Virus record (IMG/VR): IMGVR_UViG_3300042558_004148
Coordinates: 207,416-271,415 of that record
Direction: 5' to 3' (one strand)
Length of the DNA stretch: 64,000 bases
Source of the DNA: a virus
The position numbers were made by a program, and so were the translations under genes. Positions 28,687-38,103 of the stretch are shown piece after piece. Within the stretch, counting starts at the first letter, position 1. Each line of letters starts with the position of its first letter. The notes beneath the pieces were generated by a model that saw only the letters and a list, made by a program, of their open reading frames with translations, searched no databases and was not told the origin of the DNA.

Positions 28687-29196
28687 ATGAGCAAATTAGT
28701 CTATATAGGATCGCCATATTCAAATCAGGATCCAGCTGTTAGAGAGGAAAACTTTAATATAGTTTCCAGACTAGCTGCAAGAGAATGCTCAAATGGAAAA
28801 GTTGCTTTCTCGCCAATAACATATGGGCATACTCTTATTGAGTTTAAACATATGCCAACCAATTGGGAATTCTGGAAATCATTTTGTCTTGCATTTCTAG
28901 AACATGCTGATGAGCTACTGGTTTATAAAATGCCAGGATGGGAGAATTCAAGGGGTCTTGCCGAAGAGATACTATTTGCAACCGAGAGGAATATAAAAAT
29001 CACTTGGTTGGAATATGATCAATACGAAAACGTTCCCGTAGATGAAAAGAGAGAATTCATATCAGCGAATGGAGAATGGGAGAATTCATGGTCCGATGAT
29101 AACTGGGTACGTAAGGACTCAGATAACAAAGAAGCAAATACTGGAATAGATACCGACCATCTATATAGATCACTTAAATTAAAAAGTGAGTTGTAA
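28687..29196 (+). CDS. DUF1937-like protein (nucleoside 2-deoxyribosyltransferase-like fold)
   Basis: VYIGSPYS...SPI.YGH...PGWENSRGLAEEILFA resembles the DUF1937 / N-deoxyribosyltransferase-like pattern. Confidence 0.4.
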   Translation: MSKLVYIGSPYSNQDPAVREENFNIVSRLAARECSNGKVAFSPITYGHTLIEFKHMPTNWEFWKSFCLAFLEHADELLVYKMPGWENSRGLAEEILFATERNIKITWLEYDQYENVPVDEKREFISANGEWENSWSDDNWVRKDSDNKEANTGIDTDHLYRSLKLKSEL

Positions 29197-29230
29197 TTTT
29201 TTTATCCCGTATAAATTTAATATCTTTACA
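29196..29230 (+). promoter_or_regulatory. phage promoter: TTTTTTTATCCCGTA - N9 - TATCTTTA
   Basis: Canonical copy of the recurring upstream element; ATG at 29248. Confidence 0.5.
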
Positions 29231-29247
29231 AAACTAAAAATATAAAT

Positions 29248-30765
29248 ATGTTTAAACCCACAAGTTTATTTTACACTGATGGCTATAAAATTGGCCACAA
29301 GAAAATGTTAGCTCCCGGAACAACCCGTTTGTACGGTACTTGGATTCCACGAAGCACAAAGCATGCTCCTGAGGGAGTAGATAAAATAGTATCATTCGGT
29401 CAACAATTGGTAGTGAAATGGTTACATGATGAATTCGAAGAGAATTTTTTCAAACAACCAATTAGCGTTGCTACTAAATTTTCCGATGATATGTCAAAGT
29501 ATTTAGGACTTCCGTTCGATGGTTCACACTTCTCGGAATTACATCATCTGGGTTACTTGCCTATTAGAATTAAAGCTTTACCTGAAGGTATCGAAACAAA
29601 CCCTAACATCCCTCACATGACATTTGTGAATACTGTGGATGGATTCGGATGGTTAACATTATATTTGGAGACCATCATATCTTCATTGGCATGGAAACCA
29701 GCAACCTCTGCTACACTTGCACTAAGATACCGAAGAAATTTGGTTGAATGGGTTACGAAAACTGATCCGGCTAACGCTTGGTTAATTCCTTTCCTATGTC
29801 ACGACTTCTCTGCTAGAGGTTTATCTCCATGGGATATGTTATCTAGTGGTTTAGGACACGCTACGTCATTCAGAGGATCTGACACTATTGTTTGTATTCC
29901 TGCAGCACGATACTTCTATAACGAGCCAGAAAACGATGTCTGCATCAATTCTGTTAACGCTTCTGAACACTCAGTATCAACAACAAAGATATTTACTGTA
30001 GGAGAACAACAAATGATCTCCGATTGGTTAACTGAATTCCCTACAGGAATCCTATCAATTGTATCTGACACTTTTGATTTATGGAAACTTATCACGGAAT
30101 ATCTTCCTGCAAATAAAGAGCAAATCATGTCACGTGATGGAAAACTTGTTATCCGTCCTGACTCTGGTGATCCAGTAGATATTATCTGTGGTTCAGTGGA
30201 TGTGTTTAAGCACAATGATCCTAATTCACCACAAAGAAAAGGTGTAGTTGAATTACTTTGGGATATCTTCGGTGGAACAATCAACGAACAAGGATACAAA
30301 GTTCTTGATCCACATATTGGTGCGATCTACGGGGATTCAATCACAGTTGGTCGTCAGATTCAAATCTATGAAAGATTAGAAGAAAAAGGTTTTGCTTCAA
30401 CAAACATCGTGTTGGGAATCGGATCATTCACTTATCAAATGAATACTAGAGATACTTTGGGATTCGCTGCTAAAGGAGCTTGGTTCGAAGTAGAAGAACC
30501 TATATTTGGTGAATTTTTAGACCAAAATCTAAATACTGAAAAGGTTGCTTATGACATCTATAAAGATCCAATCACTGACGACGGAACTAAAAAATCATTG
30601 AAGGGATTAGTTCAAGTTGTAATGGAAGGCGATGAATATCATGTTAATACTCAATGTACTTGGGAACAGGAGGAGCAGGGCTTTTTACAAACAATCTATG
30701 AAGAGGGAAGATTCGTTAACGAAACAACTCTTGAGGAAGTACGTAACAAATTAAATTCTTTATAA
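29248..30765 (+). CDS. nadV: nicotinamide phosphoribosyltransferase family protein (Nampt/NadV-like; candidate nicotinamide ADP-ribose transferase)
   Basis: LFYTDGYKIGHKKMLAPGTTRLYGTWIPRS matches the Nampt N-terminus (tDsYK.tH..yP..t..yS....R). NASEHSVSTT matches AAEHST. Length 505 aa. Confidence 0.75.
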   Translation: MFKPTSLFYTDGYKIGHKKMLAPGTTRLYGTWIPRSTKHAPEGVDKIVSFGQQLVVKWLHDEFEENFFKQPISVATKFSDDMSKYLGLPFDGSHFSELHHLGYLPIRIKALPEGIETNPNIPHMTFVNTVDGFGWLTLYLETIISSLAWKPATSATLALRYRRNLVEWVTKTDPANAWLIPFLCHDFSARGLSPWDMLSSGLGHATSFRGSDTIVCIPAARYFYNEPENDVCINSVNASEHSVSTTKIFTVGEQQMISDWLTEFPTGILSIVSDTFDLWKLITEYLPANKEQIMSRDGKLVIRPDSGDPVDIICGSVDVFKHNDPNSPQRKGVVELLWDIFGGTINEQGYKVLDPHIGAIYGDSITVGRQIQIYERLEEKGFASTNIVLGIGSFTYQMNTRDTLGFAAKGAWFEVEEPIFGEFLDQNLNTEKVAYDIYKDPITDDGTKKSLKGLVQVVMEGDEYHVNTQCTWEQEEQGFLQTIYEEGRFVNETTLEEVRNKLNSL

Positions 30766-30767
30766 TT

Positions 30768-31031
30768 ATGGCAATGGAAAAAGTATGGCAATGGCTTGCA
30801 ATCCTGGTAATTGCAACATTAACTGGGACATTAGTTCATCATGTAGTATCACCAAAACACGTGGTTAGATATGAACTAGGGATTGGGTATGATGGAATTC
30901 CAGCGATTACCGCAGATATCGAGAACTCGGCAGATGATCGCATTCATCTATCAAAAGAAGTGAGCTGGAGCGATGCAGTTCATATGGTTGATTCATTAAA
31001 TATGAATTTACGTAAACATCGTATAAAATAA
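30768..31031 (+). CDS. small membrane protein (NfeD-like position upstream of flotillin)
   Basis: N-terminal TM helix WLAILVIATLTGTL; immediately precedes the SPFH/flotillin gene. Confidence 0.35.
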   Translation: MAMEKVWQWLAILVIATLTGTLVHHVVSPKHVVRYELGIGYDGIPAITADIENSADDRIHLSKEVSWSDAVHMVDSLNMNLRKHRIK

Positions 31032-31055
31032 ATTTTATTAAAAATCAAAAATTAA

Positions 31056-32948
31056 ATGGAAATTCTATTATCTTATGCCTGGGTATTAATCCCAATTTTA
31101 GCTCTCTTGTTTTACAAGTTCACGCTACGTTTCTTCTTCGGTATGGTTATTATACCAGAAGACAAAATCGGTTTAGTTACCAAAAAATTCGTTTTGTTCG
31201 GTGCAAACAAATCTCTTCCTGATGGGAAAATTATTGCACTAAATGGAGAACCTGGTTACCAGGCGGATCCACTAGCTCCTGGACTTTATTGGGGTTATTG
31301 GGTGTGGCAATATTCAATTGATCAATCTCCATTGACTGTAATTCCGAAAGGTAAGATTGGTTTGCTATCTGCTAAAGACGGTGCACAATTACCTACTGGA
31401 TCTATTCTTGCCCGAAATATTGAATGTGATAATTATCAAGACACTAGGGCATTCCTATTAAATGGCGGACAGCGAGGTAAACAGGTTGGTTACTTAAACA
31501 ATGGGGTTTATCGTATCAATCCATATTTATTTGAAATATTCTTAGCTGATATCACAAGCATCGAAGATGGGATGGTCGGTGTAGTAACGGCATTAGACGG
31601 AACTCCTCTAGAACTAGCTTCCATTGCAGGATCAGTAATTGAAGGTCATAATAATTTCCAAGATTTTGATAAGTTTTTATCAAAGGGAGGTCAAAGAGGT
31701 ATGCAAATCCAGGTTATTCAAGCTGGTTCTTATTCTCTTAACCCTTGGGCAGTTGAGGTAGAGAAAAAAGAAATGACTTCTATTCCAATCGGTCATGTCG
31801 GTGTGGTAATATCATATGTTGGAGATGAAGGTGAGGACACTACTGGTGACGGATTCAAACACGGTAATATTGTTAAGAAGGGGCAAAAAGGAGTTTGGGC
31901 TTCGGTATTAGACCCTGGTAAATATGCAATTAATCCTTACACACAAAAAATTGAAATCGTACCTACAACCAATCTAGTTCTTAACTGGGCAACTGCTAGA
32001 AACGAATCACATAATTTGGATCAGAACTTAAGTACAATTACAGTTCGATCTCAAGATGGATTCCCATTCAACTTGGACGTATCACAAATCATTCACGTAC
32101 CTTCAACTGAAGCTCCTAAGGTAATTGCTCGATTTGGTTCAATGTCAAACCTAGTATCTCAGGTATTAGAACCTACAATTGGTAACTACTTCAGAAACTC
32201 AGCTCAGGATTCGGATGTTATTTCTTTCCTATCAACTAGACAGCAAAGACAAACTGCTGCTAAGGAAAAGATCAGTCAGGTACTGGAGGAATATAATGTT
32301 CATGCTGTTGATACTCTTATCGGAGATATCGTTCCACCAGCAGAGTTAATGAAAACCCTAACAGATCGTAAGATTGCATCGGAGGAGGAAGTAACTTTTG
32401 ATACTCAACGTAAAGCACAGGATAAACGTAAAACTTTAGAATCTGCTAAAGCACTTGCTGATATGCAGGGACAAATGGTTCAGGCACAACAATCTGTAGA
32501 AATCTCCGAAAGAGAAGCTCAAGCAGCGGTTAAAAAATCTGAAGGTGAAGCTAAGGCGATAGAATTAAAAGCTGGTGCAAACGCAAAAGCCAAAATCTTA
32601 AATGCTGAAGCTGAAGCGAAACAAATTCAATTAACAGGTACAGCGGAAGCTACTAAGATTGAAGCGATCGGTAAAGCAACAGCGGAAGCTTACGATTTAC
32701 AGGTTAAAGCAATGGGTGAAGCCAATTTCGGTCAATTAAAAGTAGTTGAATCGATTGGGGTGAACAATATCAAGATTATCCCTGAAATTCTTATCACAGG
32801 TGGAGAAAGCGGATCTAATGGTCCAATCTCGGGATTACTTGGGATGGAATTATTAAGTCAGGTTACTGCTAGAAAAAATGCAAATGCATCTACTACAGAA
32901 ACACCATTGAGCTCAATAACTCAGGAAAGTCCGAAAAAAGATAAATAA
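31056..32948 (+). CDS. flotillin-like SPFH-domain membrane protein
   Basis: N-terminal TM helix, a central SPFH-like region and a C-terminal Ala/Glu-rich coiled coil (AEAEAKQIQLTGTAEATKIEAIGKATAEA) typical of flotillin/YqiK. Confidence 0.6.
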   Translation: MEILLSYAWVLIPILALLFYKFTLRFFFGMVIIPEDKIGLVTKKFVLFGANKSLPDGKIIALNGEPGYQADPLAPGLYWGYWVWQYSIDQSPLTVIPKGKIGLLSAKDGAQLPTGSILARNIECDNYQDTRAFLLNGGQRGKQVGYLNNGVYRINPYLFEIFLADITSIEDGMVGVVTALDGTPLELASIAGSVIEGHNNFQDFDKFLSKGGQRGMQIQVIQAGSYSLNPWAVEVEKKEMTSIPIGHVGVVISYVGDEGEDTTGDGFKHGNIVKKGQKGVWASVLDPGKYAINPYTQKIEIVPTTNLVLNWATARNESHNLDQNLSTITVRSQDGFPFNLDVSQIIHVPSTEAPKVIARFGSMSNLVSQVLEPTIGNYFRNSAQDSDVISFLSTRQQRQTAAKEKISQVLEEYNVHAVDTLIGDIVPPAELMKTLTDRKIASEEEVTFDTQRKAQDKRKTLESAKALADMQGQMVQAQQSVEISEREAQAAVKKSEGEAKAIELKAGANAKAKILNAEAEAKQIQLTGTAEATKIEAIGKATAEAYDLQVKAMGEANFGQLKVVESIGVNNIKIIPEILITGGESGSNGPISGLLGMELLSQVTARKNANASTTETPLSSITQESPKKDK

Positions 32949-32966
32949 TCTAAATCTGGATATATT

Positions 32967-32994
32967 AAACCCCATGAGAAATCATGGGGTTTTT
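32967..32994 (+). terminator. rho-independent terminator
   Basis: AAACCCCATGAgaaaTCATGGGGTTTTT. Confidence 0.65.
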
Positions 32995-33042
32995 CGTGGA
33001 ACAAAACCCTTCTATTTTCTATAAATAATAAAAGATTACCCG

Positions 33043-33663
33043 ATGAACATAAATGTATTTTTTGATAAAATTTTTTATATTAATTTGGATAAGGACACCG
33101 ACAGGGATTCCAAAATGATTGAGCAATTCAAACGATATAACATAACTAACTACGAGCGTGTTTCGGGTACAGTTTGGGAATTGGTTCCTGACATTTCATT
33201 TTGGAGAAATTTCAACCAGGATCAAACAACTGAAAAATACGTTTTGGGCAGTCTCGGATGCAGAAATTCACATTGGAGAATTACTAAAATGGCAATGGAG
33301 AGAGGATATAACAAAATATTAATTTTGGAAGACGATGTTATCTTTACCGAGGACCCACATGAAATTTTAGAGAATAATAAAAATAAATTGGATAATTGGG
33401 ACATGCTTTATTTCGGTGGAGCGGAGGAGGATAATTTCGATGGGCAGATCGTTGGCGCATATGCATATTGTTTAAATAGGAAGTTAATAGAGGAAATATA
33501 TTATATGCTACCAACTTCCGGTATGGAAGTAGATAACTTTTATGCAAAGGTGCTGTTTCATATGAGCTACAATTACAGTAAATCAGGTAGGTATGATATA
33601 AAGAAGATCGAACCTTTTAATACAATCAAAGTCGATTTCGAATTTATCTCAAATATTAGATAA
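33043..33663 (+). CDS. glycosyltransferase family 25 (LPS/LOS-type) protein
   Basis: N-terminal FDKIFYINLDKDTDR matches the GT25 signature (…YvINL……R). Confidence 0.6.
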   Translation: MNINVFFDKIFYINLDKDTDRDSKMIEQFKRYNITNYERVSGTVWELVPDISFWRNFNQDQTTEKYVLGSLGCRNSHWRITKMAMERGYNKILILEDDVIFTEDPHEILENNKNKLDNWDMLYFGGAEEDNFDGQIVGAYAYCLNRKLIEEIYYMLPTSGMEVDNFYAKVLFHMSYNYSKSGRYDIKKIEPFNTIKVDFEFISNIR

Positions 33664-33666
33664 AAT

Positions 33667-34356
33667 ATGGAAACAAACCCTTTTAATTTTTTCGATAAGA
33701 TCTTTTATATCAACCTAGATGATAGGCCTGAAAGAAAGTTACATATTGAAAATGAATTGGAAAAATATGGAATCGTTGCTGAGAGATTTCCAGCAATACA
33801 ATTAACGCAGGAGCAAAACGAGATTTTAAAAAGTGAGGGCTGCATGTTTAAAAAAGATGAAAGACCCGAATACTCAAGATTTGCAAAATCCTGTGCGTTA
33901 TCGCACCTTCATATTATACTAAGATCCAAATTAATGGGATACAAGAACGTTTTAATTCTTGAGGATGATGTTATATTCAGGGAAGATATTTTGGAGGAAT
34001 TAAAAAAATCACTTGATGATTTAGAAAAAGAATCCAGATGGGACATGTTTTATATCGGATGCAATCCATTCCTATATGAGAAGGTAACCGACAATTTATC
34101 AATTTCATTAGGAGCATATGCAGCACACGCATATGCTGTGAATAGTCATTTCTATGATACCATATTAAATATACCATTCAGGATTCTTCCAATTATAGAT
34201 GTGTATTATTATAATCTATCTACGAACCCATTATATAAATTATATATGTCGCCACATAATTTAGCTTGGCAGATACCTAGTTATTCGACTCTGGAGGAGA
34301 TGGACGTTGACTATTATCCAATTATAGAGGAGAGATATAATCTGAATGGAATCTAA
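33667..34356 (+). CDS. glycosyltransferase family 25 protein (tandem paralogue)
   Basis: FFDKIFYINLDDRPERK; LILEDDV shared with the upstream paralogue. Confidence 0.6.
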   Translation: METNPFNFFDKIFYINLDDRPERKLHIENELEKYGIVAERFPAIQLTQEQNEILKSEGCMFKKDERPEYSRFAKSCALSHLHIILRSKLMGYKNVLILEDDVIFREDILEELKKSLDDLEKESRWDMFYIGCNPFLYEKVTDNLSISLGAYAAHAYAVNSHFYDTILNIPFRILPIIDVYYYNLSTNPLYKLYMSPHNLAWQIPSYSTLEEMDVDYYPIIEERYNLNGI

Positions 34357-34381
34357 AAATTAAAAAACTAAAAGTATAATA

Positions 34382-34891
34382 ATGATAACATTAAATAAAC
34401 CAGATGACCAATTTATAACGGAATCCGATTCAATAAAGATATTTCTAGCGGGATCTATCGATATGGGATCTTCAGAAGATTGGCAAACAGAAATATACAA
34501 CCGATTAGTAACAATCGAAGCTGATAATGCAGCAAATATCGAAGTTTATAATCCCAGAAGAGATTCATGGGATAGTACCTGGACACAGGAACAATCAAAT
34601 TCTGAGTTCAATTATCAGGTTAATTGGGAGCTTAATAACATAGAAGACTCAGATATAGTTTTCTTTAATATATTACCAGATTCAAAAAGTCCAATCACAT
34701 TAATGGAACTTGGCCTATGTGCGGGTAAGGAGAAAAAAGCTATAGTTTGCTGTCCTGATGGATTCTACAGAAAGGGAAATGTTGATGTTGTTTGTACAAG
34801 ATATGGTATACAACAATACACAGATATAGATTCGGCATTTGGTGCATTATTAACGGAATTGAATAAAATCGAAAGAAGTAAAATTAAATAA
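34382..34891 (+). CDS. nucleoside 2-deoxyribosyltransferase-like / DNPH1-like protein
   Basis: IKIFLAGSID and SDIVFFNILPDSKSPITLMELGLCAGKEKKAIV match the Nuc_deoxyrib_tr pattern (kiYlAG ... D.GT.fElG.a...gKpv). Confidence 0.45.
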   Translation: MITLNKPDDQFITESDSIKIFLAGSIDMGSSEDWQTEIYNRLVTIEADNAANIEVYNPRRDSWDSTWTQEQSNSEFNYQVNWELNNIEDSDIVFFNILPDSKSPITLMELGLCAGKEKKAIVCCPDGFYRKGNVDVVCTRYGIQQYTDIDSAFGALLTELNKIERSKIK

Positions 34892-34898
34892 AATTAAA

Positions 34899-35804
34899 GT
34901 GATGAAAGCAATAAAAGAAATCGTACAGTATATAGAAACTGATAATCCAACCGGGACATTAAGTATACTGGAGCCAAATTACTCATCCGTAAGTGAGGAA
35001 GGCATATTACCAATACAATTAAACACCAAGAATTTCCATTTGGAAGACCATAGGATCAAATCAGTAATGAACAAAGAAACTATTGCTGATATCATGGCTA
35101 TGCACGGTATAGATTCAAGAGCGATGACAAAAAATACAATCGATAATGAAGCTGAAGTTAACCTAGAGAAAAAAATCTATGGGATGCTAGAAGAATCAGG
35201 AAGAAATAACTACCGAAGTGAATGGAGCAAAACTAGATGGTTCATTTATAATTGGTTGGGTTATTATCCTAAGGTTAGAATATTAGCAACAGAGTCTTCA
35301 CCTGGGAGTCTTTTAAAGCATATACATATAGCAGGAAGTAAAATAGCAAACAAGTCAAGAGGTGGAGGTGCTGATTTTATTATAGTTAGCCAATCAATAG
35401 GATCACTGCTATCGGATCTTAGCCAATTCTCTTTCAATATGGAAGAAGCAACAAATTTCATAGAGAACGGATCATCAATCAGACAAATAGGTGTTCTTGC
35501 TGGAAGATATAGGGTACTTATAAATCCTTTACTTAGTAATGATATAGATCAAACCAGTATTGTAATCGGAGCATCCACAAAAGAAGGACAGGAAGGTGTC
35601 TATCATATTGCTATGCTTCCTACCTATGATGAAATCGAGAACGAAAACTACGCAACTCTAAGAACTGAAATCATCACGGTGAGGTCACAAAGAATGGCAA
35701 CAATAAAAACCAACAACTCTGATTTCAAATACATAACAATTCCGCTTACTAAATCTAGACACAATATAATAACTCACCTATATAAAAAAATATTTAAAAA
35801 ATAA
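34899..35804 (+). CDS. hypothetical protein
   Basis: ORF track. Confidence 0.45.
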   Translation: MMKAIKEIVQYIETDNPTGTLSILEPNYSSVSEEGILPIQLNTKNFHLEDHRIKSVMNKETIADIMAMHGIDSRAMTKNTIDNEAEVNLEKKIYGMLEESGRNNYRSEWSKTRWFIYNWLGYYPKVRILATESSPGSLLKHIHIAGSKIANKSRGGGADFIIVSQSIGSLLSDLSQFSFNMEEATNFIENGSSIRQIGVLAGRYRVLINPLLSNDIDQTSIVIGASTKEGQEGVYHIAMLPTYDEIENENYATLRTEIITVRSQRMATIKTNNSDFKYITIPLTKSRHNIITHLYKKIFKK

Positions 35805-35807
35805 GAG

Positions 35808-36929
35808 ATGATTATAAATAAAAAAAGCCAAAATAACCTATCAGGATTTTATATAGTCTATGAGGGATCAACGAATCTAGAAAAATCAGGATGGTACGGA
35901 ATATCGCATCTGATGGAGCATTTAGTATGTAAGTCATTTGATCATTTTCAGGAAGATCTTGATCGTGATGGTATTGAATGGAATGCTTACACAAGCGGCA
36001 ATGAAATAGTTTTCTATCTTACTGGTCTTGACGAGAGAGTAAATAAGTGGAAATATAAATTTGTGGAGTTGTTAAGCAAATTTAAAGTTACCGAGGAAGA
36101 ATTTGAAAATGAAAGAAATATAGTTCTTGAGGAATATATGGACTGCTTCAATGATCAAACTCAGGCTCACTTCCTTAATCTATCAAGAAAACTTTTTAAA
36201 GATTATGATCCTATTGGGCTAAGATCGGATTTAGAGGCTCTTAAGTTTAGTGATTGTTTAGAATACTTTGAATTACAATATTCAAAACCTAGCAAAATTA
36301 TAAACATCTCAAAAAACCACGATTACATCAACGATGAGCTGGTATTTGCTGATACGGAGATTAAGAACGATAAAGAATATGGGAATCATGAGGTTGAATT
36401 GGAATTAAATAATGAATTCAAGGACAAGACATCAATCATATTATTGAGTCCGATGATCAGAGAAGACTTTGCTTATGTTTCTTTCATAAATTCCATGTTG
36501 GGATTAGGTTTAAAATCTCCATTATACCAGGAAATCAGAGAAAAAAGAGGTCTTGCTTATTATGTTCATTGCTATCAGCCAAGAATATATGATAAAGGAA
36601 TGGTTGTTATCTCAACACAGGTATCAAACAAGAACGTAGAGGCGGTTATTAATGCAGTTAAGGAGGTTATAGCAAATCCAGATACCTATTTAACTCAGGA
36701 AAGATTTGATGTCGTTAAGGACTACTTTACTGTCAGAAAAGAAAAGAACGAAATCTTATCTTACGAGAAAGCCATCGGAACAATATTACAACCAGAGGGA
36801 TGGTCAATGTATGACATATTAGAAACTGCCACCATGGATAAAATCAAAGAGGTGTATGAGAAATATTACAATTTTGAAAACTTCTATATTTCAAACGATA
36901 AGGAGGAATTTGTAAAAGAATCAAATTAA
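35808..36929 (+). CDS. M16 (insulinase/pitrilysin) family peptidase-like protein
   Basis: Inverted zinc motif HxxEH (GISHLMEHLVCKS) near the N-terminus. Confidence 0.5.
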   Translation: MIINKKSQNNLSGFYIVYEGSTNLEKSGWYGISHLMEHLVCKSFDHFQEDLDRDGIEWNAYTSGNEIVFYLTGLDERVNKWKYKFVELLSKFKVTEEEFENERNIVLEEYMDCFNDQTQAHFLNLSRKLFKDYDPIGLRSDLEALKFSDCLEYFELQYSKPSKIINISKNHDYINDELVFADTEIKNDKEYGNHEVELELNNEFKDKTSIILLSPMIREDFAYVSFINSMLGLGLKSPLYQEIREKRGLAYYVHCYQPRIYDKGMVVISTQVSNKNVEAVINAVKEVIANPDTYLTQERFDVVKDYFTVRKEKNEILSYEKAIGTILQPEGWSMYDILETATMDKIKEVYEKYYNFENFYISNDKEEFVKESN

Positions 36930-36938
36930 TATAGACAC

Positions 36939-37286
36939 ATGAAAGTTATCATTGCTGGTGGTAGGGGTTTTTCAGATTTTCAATTATTATATGCTAAGTG
37001 TGAAGAAATTTTAGCTAATCAAACGGAAGTAGAGATTGTTAGCGGTACTGCAAAGGGAGCAGACAAAATGGGAGAACACTATGCTAAATTAAAAGGATTT
37101 ACGGTTAAGCAATTCCCTGCGGAATGGGACAAATATGGAAAATCAGCAGGATATATTAGAAATAAGGATATGGCGGATTACGCTGATATCCTTATTTCAT
37201 TCTGGGATGGAGAATCAAAAGGAACAAAGCATATGATAGATCTTGCAACGGAGAGAAATCTATCAATTCACATAATAAATTATTAA
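36939..37286 (+). CDS. SLOG/LOG-like Rossmann-fold protein (DUF2493-like)
   Basis: MKVIIAGGRGF....VEIVSGTAKGADKMGEHYA......FPAEWDKYGKSAGYIRNKDM......ISFWDGESKGT. Confidence 0.4.
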   Translation: MKVIIAGGRGFSDFQLLYAKCEEILANQTEVEIVSGTAKGADKMGEHYAKLKGFTVKQFPAEWDKYGKSAGYIRNKDMADYADILISFWDGESKGTKHMIDLATERNLSIHIINY

Positions 37287-37289
37287 AAA

Positions 37290-37511
37290 ATGGACAATTT
37301 TATTAAATTAAATATCGTAAAGGAACCGGATGGTTCGATACTAGAGATAAATCCAGCATTCATAGAAAGCATGGAGAGCGATAATAGCACAACAAAAATA
37401 GTGACCTTTAGCGGTAGATTATACGAGGTTAAGGAAAGCATCGGAGAAATCAGAAAGCTGTCTTCAATAAAGAAAAAATTCAATTATCAATATCCTACGA
37501 TGAATAGTTAA
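37290..37511 (+). CDS. hypothetical protein
   Basis: ORF track. Confidence 0.4.
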   Translation: MDNFIKLNIVKEPDGSILEINPAFIESMESDNSTTKIVTFSGRLYEVKESIGEIRKLSSIKKKFNYQYPTMNS

Positions 37512-38052
37512 TTCTACCAGCAACTTTGGACGCTAGTTCAGAGATCACACCAGAAGAAAGAGATGATAAATCAGCGGAAGATATAGATACAGTGTCAGGA
37601 TCAACAGAAGCTTTTATCTTTACCTCCAAATCATCCACTAAATTTATATCATAGGAGATATCAGCACCATAAGTATCAATGCCTATATAATCGGAAGGAT
37701 TCTTTTCGAAAACTGAGTAGATGACACCAGCTATATCATCTCTGGTAAATTTAGGGCCAGTAGCCTCAGGATCAGCAGTAATATTATCTATTACATCATC
37801 CGCTATTCTCTCGCCATCAATGTGGATATCATAGTCATCAACATCCTCGCTTACCTCAGCATTAACTTTAACCTCTCCCTTACTATCATAATAATCAATT
37901 TTAATTGGAATTTTGTTGCTATTTATGACAAAGTAGTCTTCACTATTTGAATGTATTTGGTCAAATCCTTCAATTATCTGGGAAATCGTATATCCATCGT
38001 TCGATGACTCGTTGATTTTATGTTCGTTATTAAAGGGTTTTAGATGTTTCAT
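37495..38052 (-). CDS. hypothetical acidic protein
   Basis: ORF track; D/E-rich. Confidence 0.45.
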   Translation of the reverse strand: MKHLKPFNNEHKINESSNDGYTISQIIEGFDQIHSNSEDYFVINSNKIPIKIDYYDSKGEVKVNAEVSEDVDDYDIHIDGERIADDVIDNITADPEATGPKFTRDDIAGVIYSVFEKNPSDYIGIDTYGADISYDINLVDDLEVKIKASVDPDTVSISSADLSSLSSGVISELASKVAGRINYSS

Positions 38053-38103
38053 TTCAAATACATTTATATTATTCTATATATCGGTGATGATATATAATGT
38101 AAT

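Noticed and set aside
34899-35804. Major capsid protein assignment for the 301-aa ORF.
   Set aside because: Size alone suggested it. There is no recognisable HK97-fold signature, and no neighbouring portal, terminase or protease genes.
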